This document shows, one piece after another, positions 1-10,200 of a DNA stretch of 20,000 nucleotides. Each line of letters starts with the position of its first letter. Position 1 is the stretch's first letter. The notes under the pieces were generated by a model that was given only the letters and a program-made list of their open reading frames with translations, ran no database searches and was not told where the DNA came from. The translations under genes were made by a program, and so were the position numbers. Source of the DNA: an uncultured virus (IMG/VR IMGVR_UViG_3300031555_002006) (taxonomy: Duplodnaviria; Heunggongvirae; Uroviricota; Caudoviricetes); IMG/VR virus record IMGVR_UViG_3300031555_002006. The stretch is one strand, 5' to 3'.

Positions 1-297
1 TCTTATCACGAGTACCCCGAAGACCCGGCGACGATCTATCTGGATTATGAAATGTTCAGCGGCAAAAACAACCGGCAGCTGCTGAACATCCCCATCCTAA
101 AGCCTGCTGGCGTCCGCATCCGGTTCCGTGCCTACGGCAATTTCGGCATGACGCTCTATATGGGTGGCAGCACTACGCAGATGGCGAAGATCACGTATAT
201 TCAGGATACCCCAGCGGAACTTCCTCAGTATCTCGTCGATGACGAGAACAATATCCTTACGGATGAGCTCGGCAACATTCTTTACGAACTGGAATAG
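1..297 (+). CDS. C-terminal part of phage baseplate/tail protein (5' truncated by window)
   Basis: Frame open from base 1 (SYHEYPEDPATIYLDYEM...ILKPAGVRI...LTDELGNILYELE*). KPAGV motif is typical of baseplate wedge/tail protein I-like proteins; lies directly upstream of a tail-fibre gene. Confidence 0.55.
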   Translation, partial: SYHEYPEDPATIYLDYEMFSGKNNRQLLNIPILKPAGVRIRFRAYGNFGMTLYMGGSTTQMAKITYIQDTPAELPQYLVDDENNILTDELGNILYELE

Positions 298-309
298 AGG
301 TGATTATAA

Positions 310-1368
310 GTGGTCAAAGTTAACATTACCAATTTCGGCAAGGCACTGCTGATTAAGGCGCTCCATAACGAGTCTCCCATCAACTTCGTGTCTATGCAGT
401 TTGGTAACGGTGAAGTACCGGAAAACTACGAAGAGCTTACGGCTCTGATGAACCCTCTGCTCGAGTGCAGCATCTCTTCCATGGAGAAGGGCGATAACTA
501 CATTCAGCTGACATCTGTATTCGATAACAGCAATGTTGAGGCCGACTTCGACATGACAGAGATCGGTGTTTTTGCAGAGGACGCCACCTTGGGCAAGGGC
601 TTGTTCGCCTATGTAAATCAGGAGAACGACTCTGAGCCCGTATATTCCGAGAACTCCAACAAGCTCAAGGAAAACCAGATCTCCGTGCAGATCATTGTGG
701 ATGATGCGGAGAACGTCACAGCAACGGTCAAGTCGCTGGTTTACGCCACCAAGCAGGAGCTCGAGGACCATATCAAAAACTACGAGAACCCTCACCGGGT
801 CACGGCGGCTCAGATCGGCCTTGGTAAGGTAGAAAATACCACTGTTGCCGATGCTGCAGTCAAGTTCACCGCCGCGAAGGAAATGGTGAATATTGAGTCT
901 GGTGAAAAGGTGGCCACCATCTTCGGTAAGATCTACACCGCACTCAAGGCGCTTTTGGCGCACCTTACCGACTACAAGAACCCGCACAAGGTTACGCCTA
1001 TTGATATTAAAGCTGCGGCCGAGGGTCATCTTCACTCTGCAGCTGACATCAAAACCGGCACCTTGGCTGTCGGTCGTGGCGGCACCGGCAGGGAAACTTG
1101 GACGGGAGATCTGCTGATTTATGCAGATACCGCGACGTCGCTTGCTCATGTTACTCGCCCGGCAAAGCTGTCGGTGCTTATGCAGGACTCCTCTGGCAAA
1201 CCCTATTTTCAGGCGTTCGACCAGCTGCAGTTTGTGGCTTCCGGAAGCGCCGCACCTGCGAATACCAATGTCTTCTGGATTGACCCCACACCGGTTACCG
1301 GCGGTCTCAAGTACCATAACGGCTCCGCTTGGGTGCATGTGCCTGTGGGCTATGCTGATGCTGAATAA
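310..1368 (+). CDS. Phage tail fibre protein (tail-collar/DUF3751-like N-terminus)
   Basis: GTG start after GAGGTG RBS. N-terminal ITNFGKALL...MQFGNG...MTEIGVFA...LFAY pattern; fibre motifs NPHRVTAAQIGLGKVEN, NPHKVT, HLHSAADIKTGTLAVGRGGTG. Confidence 0.8.
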   Translation: MVKVNITNFGKALLIKALHNESPINFVSMQFGNGEVPENYEELTALMNPLLECSISSMEKGDNYIQLTSVFDNSNVEADFDMTEIGVFAEDATLGKGLFAYVNQENDSEPVYSENSNKLKENQISVQIIVDDAENVTATVKSLVYATKQELEDHIKNYENPHRVTAAQIGLGKVENTTVADAAVKFTAAKEMVNIESGEKVATIFGKIYTALKALLAHLTDYKNPHKVTPIDIKAAAEGHLHSAADIKTGTLAVGRGGTGRETWTGDLLIYADTATSLAHVTRPAKLSVLMQDSSGKPYFQAFDQLQFVASGSAAPANTNVFWIDPTPVTGGLKYHNGSAWVHVPVGYADAE

Positions 1369-1382
1369 TGGAGGTGAACACC

Positions 1383-1673
1383 ATGGAAACAAAGATCCTG
1401 ATTTCCGAAGAATTGTCGAACTACATCGAAGGCCTGTCTTACAGCGCCGCATCGTTGAGAGATTTGCTGCTTGATGCCGCAGAGCGCGGCTTGCAGGGGT
1501 CTCCCGCTTTCGAGCGCTGGGAGCAGAAATACATCGAGACCGACGCCGAGTTTCAGGTTGCCAAAGGGCAGCTCGAGCGCGAGTATGTGCTCCCTAAAAT
1601 CGGCGACAAGCGTGTCAACTGGACGCTTGACTATAACACCAGAACGGTCACCATCGTGGAGGTGGAGGAATGA
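1383..1673 (+). CDS. CXXX-repeat peptide modification system accessory protein (TIGR04116-like), 96 aa
   Basis: GGAGGTG RBS at 1370-1376, ATG 1383. Helical protein ending in NWTLDYNTRTVTI, resembling the family's W-x-[IL]-D-[FY] C-terminus; overlaps the rSAM start (ATGA). Confidence 0.65.
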   Translation: METKILISEELSNYIEGLSYSAASLRDLLLDAAERGLQGSPAFERWEQKYIETDAEFQVAKGQLEREYVLPKIGDKRVNWTLDYNTRTVTIVEVEE

Positions 1674-3001
1674 GACCTTCCGAGAGCTTCATCGACAGAA
1701 TGTCCAGGCTGTTTCATCCTGCGGAGCTTACCGGGTTCAGCGTCAATTCCTACCACACGAAGAATGTCACGTTTCAGGTAACGGAAGACTGTAATCTTCG
1801 CTGTAGCTATTGCTATCAGGGAGCAAAGACCAGCAAGAAGATGTCCTTCGAGACCGCGAAAGCTATCATGGACATGCTTCTTGCGGCTGACGAGCGTACC
1901 TGCAAATACATCACAACCACCAAGATCACTGGCGTAGTATTCGACTTCATCGGCGGAGAACCCTTTCTCGAGGTTGAATTGATCGACAAGATCATGGATT
2001 ACTTTGTAGAGAGAGCCTTCCTTATGGAGCATCCGCTGGCGAATAAATACATGATAAGCATTTCGACAAACGGAACGCTGTACTTCACTCCGGAGGTACA
2101 GCGTTTTATTGCGAAATGGCACCGGCACCTCTCGCTGTCGATCTCCATTGACGGCAACAAGAAACTCCATGACGCCTGCCGTGTATTCCCGGATGGTTCT
2201 GGCAGTTATGACATTGCCATCGCCGCAGCGAAAGACTACATGGAGCGATACGGGAAGATCGGAAGCAAGATGACGATCTCACCTGAAAACGTGATGTACC
2301 TGAACGACGCTGTGAGAGAACTGCTTGCGAATGGATACAGGGAGATTTATTTGAACTGTGTCTACGAGGAGGGCTGGACCGAAAAGCACGCGAAGATCCT
2401 TTACGAGCAGTTGAAAATGCTTGCAGACGAAGTGGTTGAGATGGAAGAACAGCCCATGCTTTCCATCTTCCAGCAGTACATCGGCCAGCCGATGCCCGAG
2501 AGCGACAATCGAAATTGGTGTGGCGGCACCGGATGTATGCTGGCCTTCGATGCAGATGGGTGCGCCTACCCTTGTCTGCGTTATATGGCAAGCAGCCTTG
2601 CTGGTGCGCAGGAGCCGTATGCCATCGGAGATCTGAACCACGGTATCATGAATACCCCGGAGCATGAGCGGCGTGTGGATCTCCTCGGAAAAATCACACG
2701 CCGCAGTCAATCCACAGACGAGTGTTGGAACTGCCCGATTGCCTCTGGATGCAGCTGGTGCAGCGCATATAATTATCAGGTGTATGGAACACCCGATAAG
2801 CGTGTTACCTATATCTGCATCATGCACAAGGCGCGTGTACTGGCGACCTCGTATTATTGGAACACCTTGCTTCGCAAAAGCGGGAGCGCAAAGCGGTTCG
2901 CCCTCAATGTCCCCGAGTCCTGGGCTGTTCCCATCATCGGTGAGGAGGAGTACAGGATGCTCAAAACCCTTGCGGAGGTGAATGACGATGGCAATGATTG
3001 A
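1670..3001 (+). CDS. Radical SAM/SPASM peptide maturase, CXXX-repeat target family (TIGR04115-like)
   Basis: CNLRCSYC (CxxxCxxC), FIGGEPF, STNG, SISIDG. SPASM cysteines NWCGG...YPCLRY...CWNCPIASGCSWCSAYNY...YICIMHKAR; adjacent to a Cys-repeat substrate. Confidence 0.92.
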   Translation: MRPSESFIDRMSRLFHPAELTGFSVNSYHTKNVTFQVTEDCNLRCSYCYQGAKTSKKMSFETAKAIMDMLLAADERTCKYITTTKITGVVFDFIGGEPFLEVELIDKIMDYFVERAFLMEHPLANKYMISISTNGTLYFTPEVQRFIAKWHRHLSLSISIDGNKKLHDACRVFPDGSGSYDIAIAAAKDYMERYGKIGSKMTISPENVMYLNDAVRELLANGYREIYLNCVYEEGWTEKHAKILYEQLKMLADEVVEMEEQPMLSIFQQYIGQPMPESDNRNWCGGTGCMLAFDADGCAYPCLRYMASSLAGAQEPYAIGDLNHGIMNTPEHERRVDLLGKITRRSQSTDECWNCPIASGCSWCSAYNYQVYGTPDKRVTYICIMHKARVLATSYYWNTLLRKSGSAKRFALNVPESWAVPIIGEEEYRMLKTLAEVNDDGND

Positions 3002-3638
3002 TGCCGCCCGGTTCACAGCCCTCAAGGCTCGTGTCCAAGCTGAATGCCTGCGCCGCAAATATAACGGATCTGTGGTCGATTATGGCGGCGTGGATTACTA
3101 TTTCAAAAACCAGCCTGCCCCCGATACGATTGCAGCAGAGGAACATTTCGAGAAAATCGCCGTCCCCTTAAACGCTATCAACTCCGACAAAATCCCGTAC
3201 ACCGATGGAGATCGCATCATTTCTGACGAAGAAATGACCGCCATGGAAGCGGCTGTGACCCTCTTCGAAACGAGGGCAATGACCGACCGGACACAGGGTG
3301 ATTGCAAGACCAGCTGCACGGGTGCCTGTTATACAGGATGCGCAGGATCTTGTACTGGCGGCTGCGGTTCCAGCTGCTCCGGCACCTGTACCGGCGGATG
3401 CGATGGGTGTTCTGGTTGCTCCGGCTCTTGCCGTGGCGGTTGCCGTGGTTGCGGCTCCGGCTGCGCCTCCGGCTGTTCCGGGACCTGTTCTGGCACATGT
3501 AAGGGTGATTGCACGATGACTTGCGGTTATGCCGGCTGTGTCGGTTCCTGCATGGGGCTGTGTTACAACGGCTGCACGACCAGCTGCGGTTCCTCTTGCA
3601 GTACCTGCGGCAATACCTGTTCTGGAATTTCACTTTAA
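2988..3638 (+). CDS. CXXX-repeat Cys-rich protein, probable rSAM modification target
   Basis: GGAGGTG at 2974-2980, best-spaced ATG 2988 (2982 and 2994 possible). ~105-aa non-repetitive N-terminus, then 111 aa with 28 Cys, mostly CxxxC spaced and G/S/T rich. Confidence 0.88.
   Translation: MAMIDAARFTALKARVQAECLRRKYNGSVVDYGGVDYYFKNQPAPDTIAAEEHFEKIAVPLNAINSDKIPYTDGDRIISDEEMTAMEAAVTLFETRAMTDRTQGDCKTSCTGACYTGCAGSCTGGCGSSCSGTCTGGCDGCSGCSGSCRGGCRGCGSGCASGCSGTCSGTCKGDCTMTCGYAGCVGSCMGLCYNGCTTSCGSSCSTCGNTCSGISL
3303..3635 (+). repeat. Protein-level Cys-x-x-x tandem repeat (28 Cys)
   Basis: CKTSCTGACYTGCAGSCTGGCGSSCSGTCTGGC...CGNTCSGISL. Confidence 0.9.
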
Positions 3639-3650
3639 GGAGGCTATGTA

Positions 3651-4199
3651 ATGGAAATCACAAGCGCATACGAAATTGCAGTAGCAAACCTCGCTGTCGC
3701 ACTGAGCGAGGATGCGGTGTCCACCGAACAGCGGGCGGAGATCGCAACAGCGGTGGGCGGCGACGTCGACCGCCTTATTGATGTGGTCAATATCTTCATT
3801 GTCCACAACAATTCCAAGATGTACGAGGGGAAAATCACCGCTGCCAAAGCGAAGAGCACCGTGAAAGCGGAATATAACGCTATTGGCCTTGGCGAAGTTG
3901 TGAAATATTACTTCCTCGAGAAACCCATCGAGGTCTTCTATGACCGCGACATTTTCTCCAAGAGCGCACCGACCGAAAAAGTGGAACGCATCAAGGAGAT
4001 TTTCAAGCGCAACCTGTCCTGTCCCAATGACCGCATCCGGGTCGGCGTGGACAGCTACGCGCTGCGCCTGCTCTATCATTTTGGCCTGATTGCAGAGGAT
4101 CTTGAGTTCACCAAGAAGCTCATGATCCAGATCAACAGCTACAGCACCGATCATAAGGAGGCTGCGATCCTGCCGCCTGCAATCGTTACCGAACTGTAA
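3651..4199 (+). CDS. Hypothetical protein, 182 aa
   Basis: AAGGAGG RBS; tightly packed between the Cys-repeat gene and the giant fibre gene; no family recognised. Confidence 0.75.
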   Translation: MEITSAYEIAVANLAVALSEDAVSTEQRAEIATAVGGDVDRLIDVVNIFIVHNNSKMYEGKITAAKAKSTVKAEYNAIGLGEVVKYYFLEKPIEVFYDRDIFSKSAPTEKVERIKEIFKRNLSCPNDRIRVGVDSYALRLLYHFGLIAEDLEFTKKLMIQINSYSTDHKEAAILPPAIVTEL

Positions 4200-4209
4200 G
4201 GAGGATACT

Positions 4210-7200
4210 ATGAGCGACGAAAACAAAGGCATTATTCCTCTTAATGAGAAGCCGGTGTCTGCTTCGGCGGCACTGGCAGATTTTTTTGTAACCGTCATCG
4301 GTGGCAAGGTTCGCCTTGCCACCGTAAAAACCATTGCCGACTGCCTTACCGATGCACAGATCAAGTCCATCGAGGAAGCGGCGAAAGAACTGACGGCCAT
4401 CCTCACAAAGGACGCACAGGATGCCGCGGATAGAGCCGAGGCTGTGGCAACGCGCCTGGAAACCTTCCTCGGAAGTATCCCTGTGGATGTAAAATACGAC
4501 CCGCTGACCTATCTGCTGACCCTGATGAACGAAAACTCTTTGCCCATTGGTCAGGGTACGACCATCAAGGCAGGTATCTCCGACATCCAGATGGTGGTTG
4601 AGAAAAACGAAGAGACTGGCACCAACGATCTCGTGCTCTACGATGGAGACGGCGAGGTTGTGAGCCGCACCCCTCTGCCTGCCGGCGGCGGTGGCGGCGG
4701 TGGTGGAGCGTCCTCCTATTCTATCTCCATCAAGAACCTTATGGACTCTCGTACGGTCAGCGCACCCGCTGGCGCCGCTATTCCGCTGACATTCCTCTAC
4801 ACCTCCGTGGACGAAGATGGCTATGATGACGGAAAGGGTGTTGGCACCATCTGGGTTAACGGCGTTAAAAAGGGCGCGGTTGACATTGTGCAGGGCGAAA
4901 ACACGGTTTATGTGGAGTCCTACATCGGCAGCGGTGCCAATGCCGTCAAAATCACCGTGGAGAACTCTGAAGGAAGCAGCAGAAGCCTTTCCTATACCGT
5001 CAATATCGTGGCACTGAGCGTCACTACCACGCTGGATGCGTACAACGAGTGCAGAGGCGACACGATTTTCTACTACACTCCTATCGGCACCGGCGTAAAG
5101 ACCATTCATTTCTTGATGGATGGCAAGGAGCTCGGTACCGCAGAGGTTTCCACCAGCGGCCGCAGCCAGAGCTACACCATCCCCGCACAGGAGCACGGCG
5201 CACACATCTTCAAGTGCTACGCCGAAATGACCGTATCCGGCGTTACCGTTACGAGTGACCCGATTATTCTTGGCATGGCTTGGATCGACTCTGAAAAATC
5301 CACGCCTATGGTAGTCTCTACGTTTGACGTCAAGGAGGCTACACAGGGCGAAGCTCTGACGATCTCCTACTTGGCATACGACCCGGCAACAGAGGAGACC
5401 ACCGTTACCCGCAGCATCATCGATGCGGACGGAAATATCGTTGAGTCGAAGGCTGTATCCGCTGACCGCACAGAGCAGAAATGGGTTGTGCAGGATTATC
5501 CTGCCGGAGCAATCAAGTTCCGCGTTGCCATCGGCGCCATCGGCGTAGACCTCCCTGTGAACGTCAAGGAGAACTCCATCGTTATCGAGCCCATCACCGA
5601 CAGTTTGGTGCTCGATTTTGACCCCATCGGCCGCAGCAACAAGGAGGACAACCCCGAGAATTGGACCAGCGGCGAAGTTTCCGCTACCTTCTCCGGCGTA
5701 GGTTTCTCCGATGCCGACGGCTGGCTGACGGATGCCGATGGTGCAGCTATGTTCCGCCTGCTCCCCGGAGGTCAGATGACCATTCCGTTCCATCTGTTTG
5801 CCACCGACTGCAGAGATACTGGCGCGACCGTCGAGGTCGAAATGGCAACGCACAATGTCCGCGACTACGACAGCGTGGTTATGTCCTGCTTGTCCGGGAA
5901 CCGCGGCTTTATGATCGCAAGCCAGTATGCCGAACTCCACAGCGAGCAGAGCAGCATTTCCAAGCAGTTCAAAGAGGATAAGAAGGTTCGCGTCTCCTTC
6001 GTGGTCGAACCCCGTAACCTCCACCGCATGATTTATGTGTATGTGGACAGCGTCATGTGCGGTGCTATCCAGTACCCTGCAGATGACAACTTTGCACAGT
6101 CTCCGGCCACCGGCATCACCATCGGCGCCGAGTCGAGCGGCATTGATGTCTACCACATTCGTCTGTACAGGAAGGGCCTGACTCGCTTCGAGATCCTCGA
6201 TAACTTTGCAGCAGATCGCCCCACTCTGAAGGAGCGCATCGATGCGCATAAGCGCAATGATATTTTCAACGAGTCCGAAGAGGTCGTTATCACGAAGCTG
6301 CCTGTCACTCTCCCGTACATGATTATCTCCTGTCCCGAGCTGCCGCAGTCCAAGGGCGATAAGAAGACGTGCGAGATCACTTATGTTGACCCGGCCAATC
6401 CTGCAAAGAGCTTTACGGCTTCTGGTGTCACCATCGATGTTCAGGGTACGTCTTCTGCCGGCTACAAGAAGAAGAACTGGAAGATCACCTACAAGAATGG
6501 CCTGACGCTCACGGCCAGCGGAGAGCAGGTCTCCGAATACCAGCTGCGCAGCACATCCGTCCCGGCGTCCTGTTTCTGCATGAAAGCAGACGTCGCATCG
6601 AGCGAAGGCGCCAACAATGTCGAGCTGGTTCGCTTGTATAACGACACCGTTCCTCACAAGACTCCTCCCCAGGAAGAGAATGCCAACGTCCGTGTCGGCA
6701 TCGACGGCCTGCCCTGCGTCATTTTCTGGCAGAACAGCAGCACCGGCGAACTTCGGTTCTGGGGTAAGTACAACTTCAACGACGAGAAGTCCTCCACCCA
6801 AGTCTACGGCTTAACCGAAGGCTGTGAGAGCTGGGAGATCAAGAACAACACCTCCAACCGTGTCATCTTCAAGAGTGCTGACTTCTCCGGAAGCGGCTGG
6901 CTCAATGACTTCGAAGCTCGTTATCCTGACGGCAATGAAGATCCTTCCAAGCTGAAAGTCATGTGTGAGTGGGTTGTTTCCACTGATCGCGCAGCCGCTA
7001 CCGGTAATTCTTTGGGCAAGACTGTTACCTATGGCGGTGTAAGTTACACCAACGATACCGCAGAATATCGCCTTGCCAAGTTCAAGGCTGAGTTCGAGGA
7101 ACACTTCGTCAAGGTCCCCATGCTCTATTACTATCTGTTCACCGAGACCTTCCTGATGGTCGATAACAGAGCGAAGAACTTCTTCCCCAGCACCTTTGAT

Positions 7201-10200
7201 GGTGTCCACTGGCTGCCCCTGCCTTACGACATGGATACTGCCATGGGTATCAACAACGAAGGCCAGCTGGTCTTCGAGTACGACCTTGAGGATACCGACA
7301 CAGTCGGCGGCGCAGACGTTTTCAATGGCCAGAGCTCCGTACTTTGGTGCAACATCCGCGACGCTTTCCCCGATGAACTCAAGGCTCTGTATGGCGAGCT
7401 CCGTGGTGGCTCCATGTTCAACTACTCCGAGGTCGTTAATCGCTGGGCCAGCCATCAGGCCACATGGCCCGAGGCGATCTGGAACGAGGATGCGTGGGAG
7501 AAGTACCTTGAGCCGTTGGAGAATGACAACGACAGCGGCTATCTGGCTATGCTGCAGGGCGACAAAAAGAGCCAGCGCGAGTGGTGGGTCTTCAACGGCT
7601 TCCGCTACCGCGACTCCAAGTACGAGTGCGGCGATGCCGAGGCAAGCTATATCACGCTCCGCTGCTATGCGGTCGGTGATATTACCATCACCCCGTACAG
7701 TCATATTTGGAGCCGCATTAAGTTCGGTTCCTACACCGTCAAGGCTCGCAGCAAGCGCAACCAGGCGGTCACCCTCAAGTGCCCTCTGGACGAGATGAAT
7801 GATACCGAAACCTATATCTACTCTTCTGACAGACTTGCCAAGATCGGAGATCTGAGCCATCTTCACGTCGGCTATGCGAACTTCGTCATGGCTCCCAAGC
7901 TGCAGGTGCTCAAGCTGGGCGACGGTGCCGCTGATTATCAGAATACCCGCCTGAATGAGCTGTATGTCGGCAACAACGATCTGCTCGATGAACTGGATGT
8001 CCGTAACTGTGTCAATCTGAAAATGCCCGTAGATCTGACGGGATGCGTCGGCATTGAGACCATCCGCGCTACCGGCACGGCAATCGACTCCGTCAAACTC
8101 CCGGTTGGCGGCAAGCTGAAAACGCTGGAACTCCCTGGCACCGTAACGAACCTGACTATTCGCGATCACGCACAGTTGTCCTCCTTCACCATGGAGGGCT
8201 ACGGCGAGATCCAGACTCTGCGCATCGAGAACACCCCCAACATCCCCTGGGAGGCTCTTATTAACGGCGCAGAAAAACTCAACCGTGTCCGCATCATCGG
8301 AGCGGAGTGGACGGCCAGCAGCGCCGAAGCATTGCAGGAAACCTACGACCGTCTGAGCGCGGCCGCTGGTATGAATGCTGCCGGCGACAATACCGACAAG
8401 GCTGTCGTTACCGGCCGAGTTGTGCTGAAGAGCGACATCGATGCAGATCTTCTGGCAGCTTTCACCGAAAACTTCCCCGACCTTCTGATCGTCGCCAACG
8501 GTATCGCAAACTGCACCGTCCGTTTCCGTAACTGGGATGGCACCGTGCTTCATACCACCACCGTTGCTTACGGCTCCGACGTCGCAGATCCTGTGGCAAA
8601 CGGCACCATCGACGCTCCTGTTCGCGCTGCATCTGACCGCGTGGTCTATGTCTTCAAGGGCTGGGATCGCGATCTGACGAACATCACGAACAACGCCGTC
8701 TTTACTGCGGTGTTCGAGGAGCAGTACGCATGGATTGTCACCTTCTGCAACTGGGACGGCTCCGAGCTGTGCAAGGTTTCCGTCCAGAATGGCGGCGCCG
8801 CGGCAGATCCTATCGAGTCTGGCCTTATCAGTACACCCGCCCGACCGGGCGACGCCGATTACGCCTATACCTTCCTTGGTTGGGACAAGTCCATCTACAA
8901 TGTCACCGAGGACCGCACGATCACTGCCCGGTACTCCACCGAGGCATCCGTGGCCGTCAGCTTCGTTGACTGGGATGGCACTGTGCTGTACACCGCCTAT
9001 TGCGCGGCCGGCAGCAGCATTGCCGACCCGATCCTGGCTGGTCACATCACGGCGCCCGTTAGAGCCACCGACGAAAGCGCTCAGAAAGAGTATACCTTTA
9101 CCGGATGGGATAAGGAACTGTCCAATATCACTGAGGCCACTACAGTCACGGCGACCTATTCCTCCAAGAGCTACTACACAGCGACCTTCCAGAACCCTGA
9201 TGGCACCGTGCTGTTTGTTCGCAGACTCTACGCCGGCAACGCCGTCAAGGACCCCGTTGCCACCGGCGAGATCGAGACTCCTACGCAGGAGCCTACCGAG
9301 ACCTATGGTTATATCTACAAAGGCTGGGACAAGACGCTCACGTCCAGTATTTCCGCCAACGTGGTCTATACGGCAACATACAAGACCGACCAGCAGTTTA
9401 CCGTCACCTTCGTGGATTACGACGGCACTGTGCTTGATACGCAGCTCGTCTATGACGAGGATGGCGCTGTTGACCCCGTTACCTCTGGACGTATCGCAAC
9501 GCCTGTTCGCGCTTCCACCGCTCAGTATGAGTATAAGTGGACCGGCTGGTCTGGCACCTTCACTAACATTACGGCAGATAAGACCATCACTGCGACCTAC
9601 AGCACCACAACCCGCACTTATACCGTCACCTTCTGGAATGGTTCTACCCTCGTGCAGACTGTGGCAAACGTGGCTTATGGCGGCAGTGCTACCTACACGG
9701 GAGATCCTGTTTCCAAGCCCGATGTTGATGATCCTGACAGTTACGTGCATGTCGGTTGGACACCCTCGCCGACCAGCATCACCGGCGATACAGCCTGCTA
9801 CGCTGTCTACGTCGCCCTCCCCGAAGGCTTCAGCGATGCCTATGGTGTTCTTTGGGCTTACGGTCAGTCGAGCACAGCTCTTGGCCGCCTGGGTCTGGCA
9901 AAAACCTTTGTCAATCCCATTCCCGCAACCAGCCTGACCGACGAGGGCAGCAGCCCCTTCGACGATGTCATGCCTTGGGCCGGTATGAAGAAGTACAACA
10001 TCATCGATGGTGCCATTGCGTACTCTGAGGATGACGAGGGCTTCTCCATGACCGATTACGATACGGTGGTCTACATCCCCGAGTTCTGGTTCAAGGCGGC
10101 GAAGGATACCAGCGCCGAAACATGGGTTTGGGCGATCTCGCCCACCGAGAAGGAAGGCTTCACGAAGCATCCCGGCAGTGGTCGCTATATCGGCCGTTAT

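Noticed and set aside
1200..1368. Possible second VR at the 3' end of the tail-fibre gene
   Set aside because: No nucleotide similarity to the TR seen here or at other gene ends in the window; remote targets outside the window cannot be excluded.
3303..3635. Cys-rich region as a CRISPR array, DNA tandem repeat or metallothionein
   Set aside because: Periodicity is only at codon level, with no repeat-spacer structure; the adjacent rSAM/SPASM gene favours a modification substrate, though metal binding is not excluded.
8735..9937. 400-aa alternative-frame Pro/Ser/Arg-rich ORF
   Set aside because: Frame-shifted shadow within the repeat region of the large gene, with low-complexity composition.
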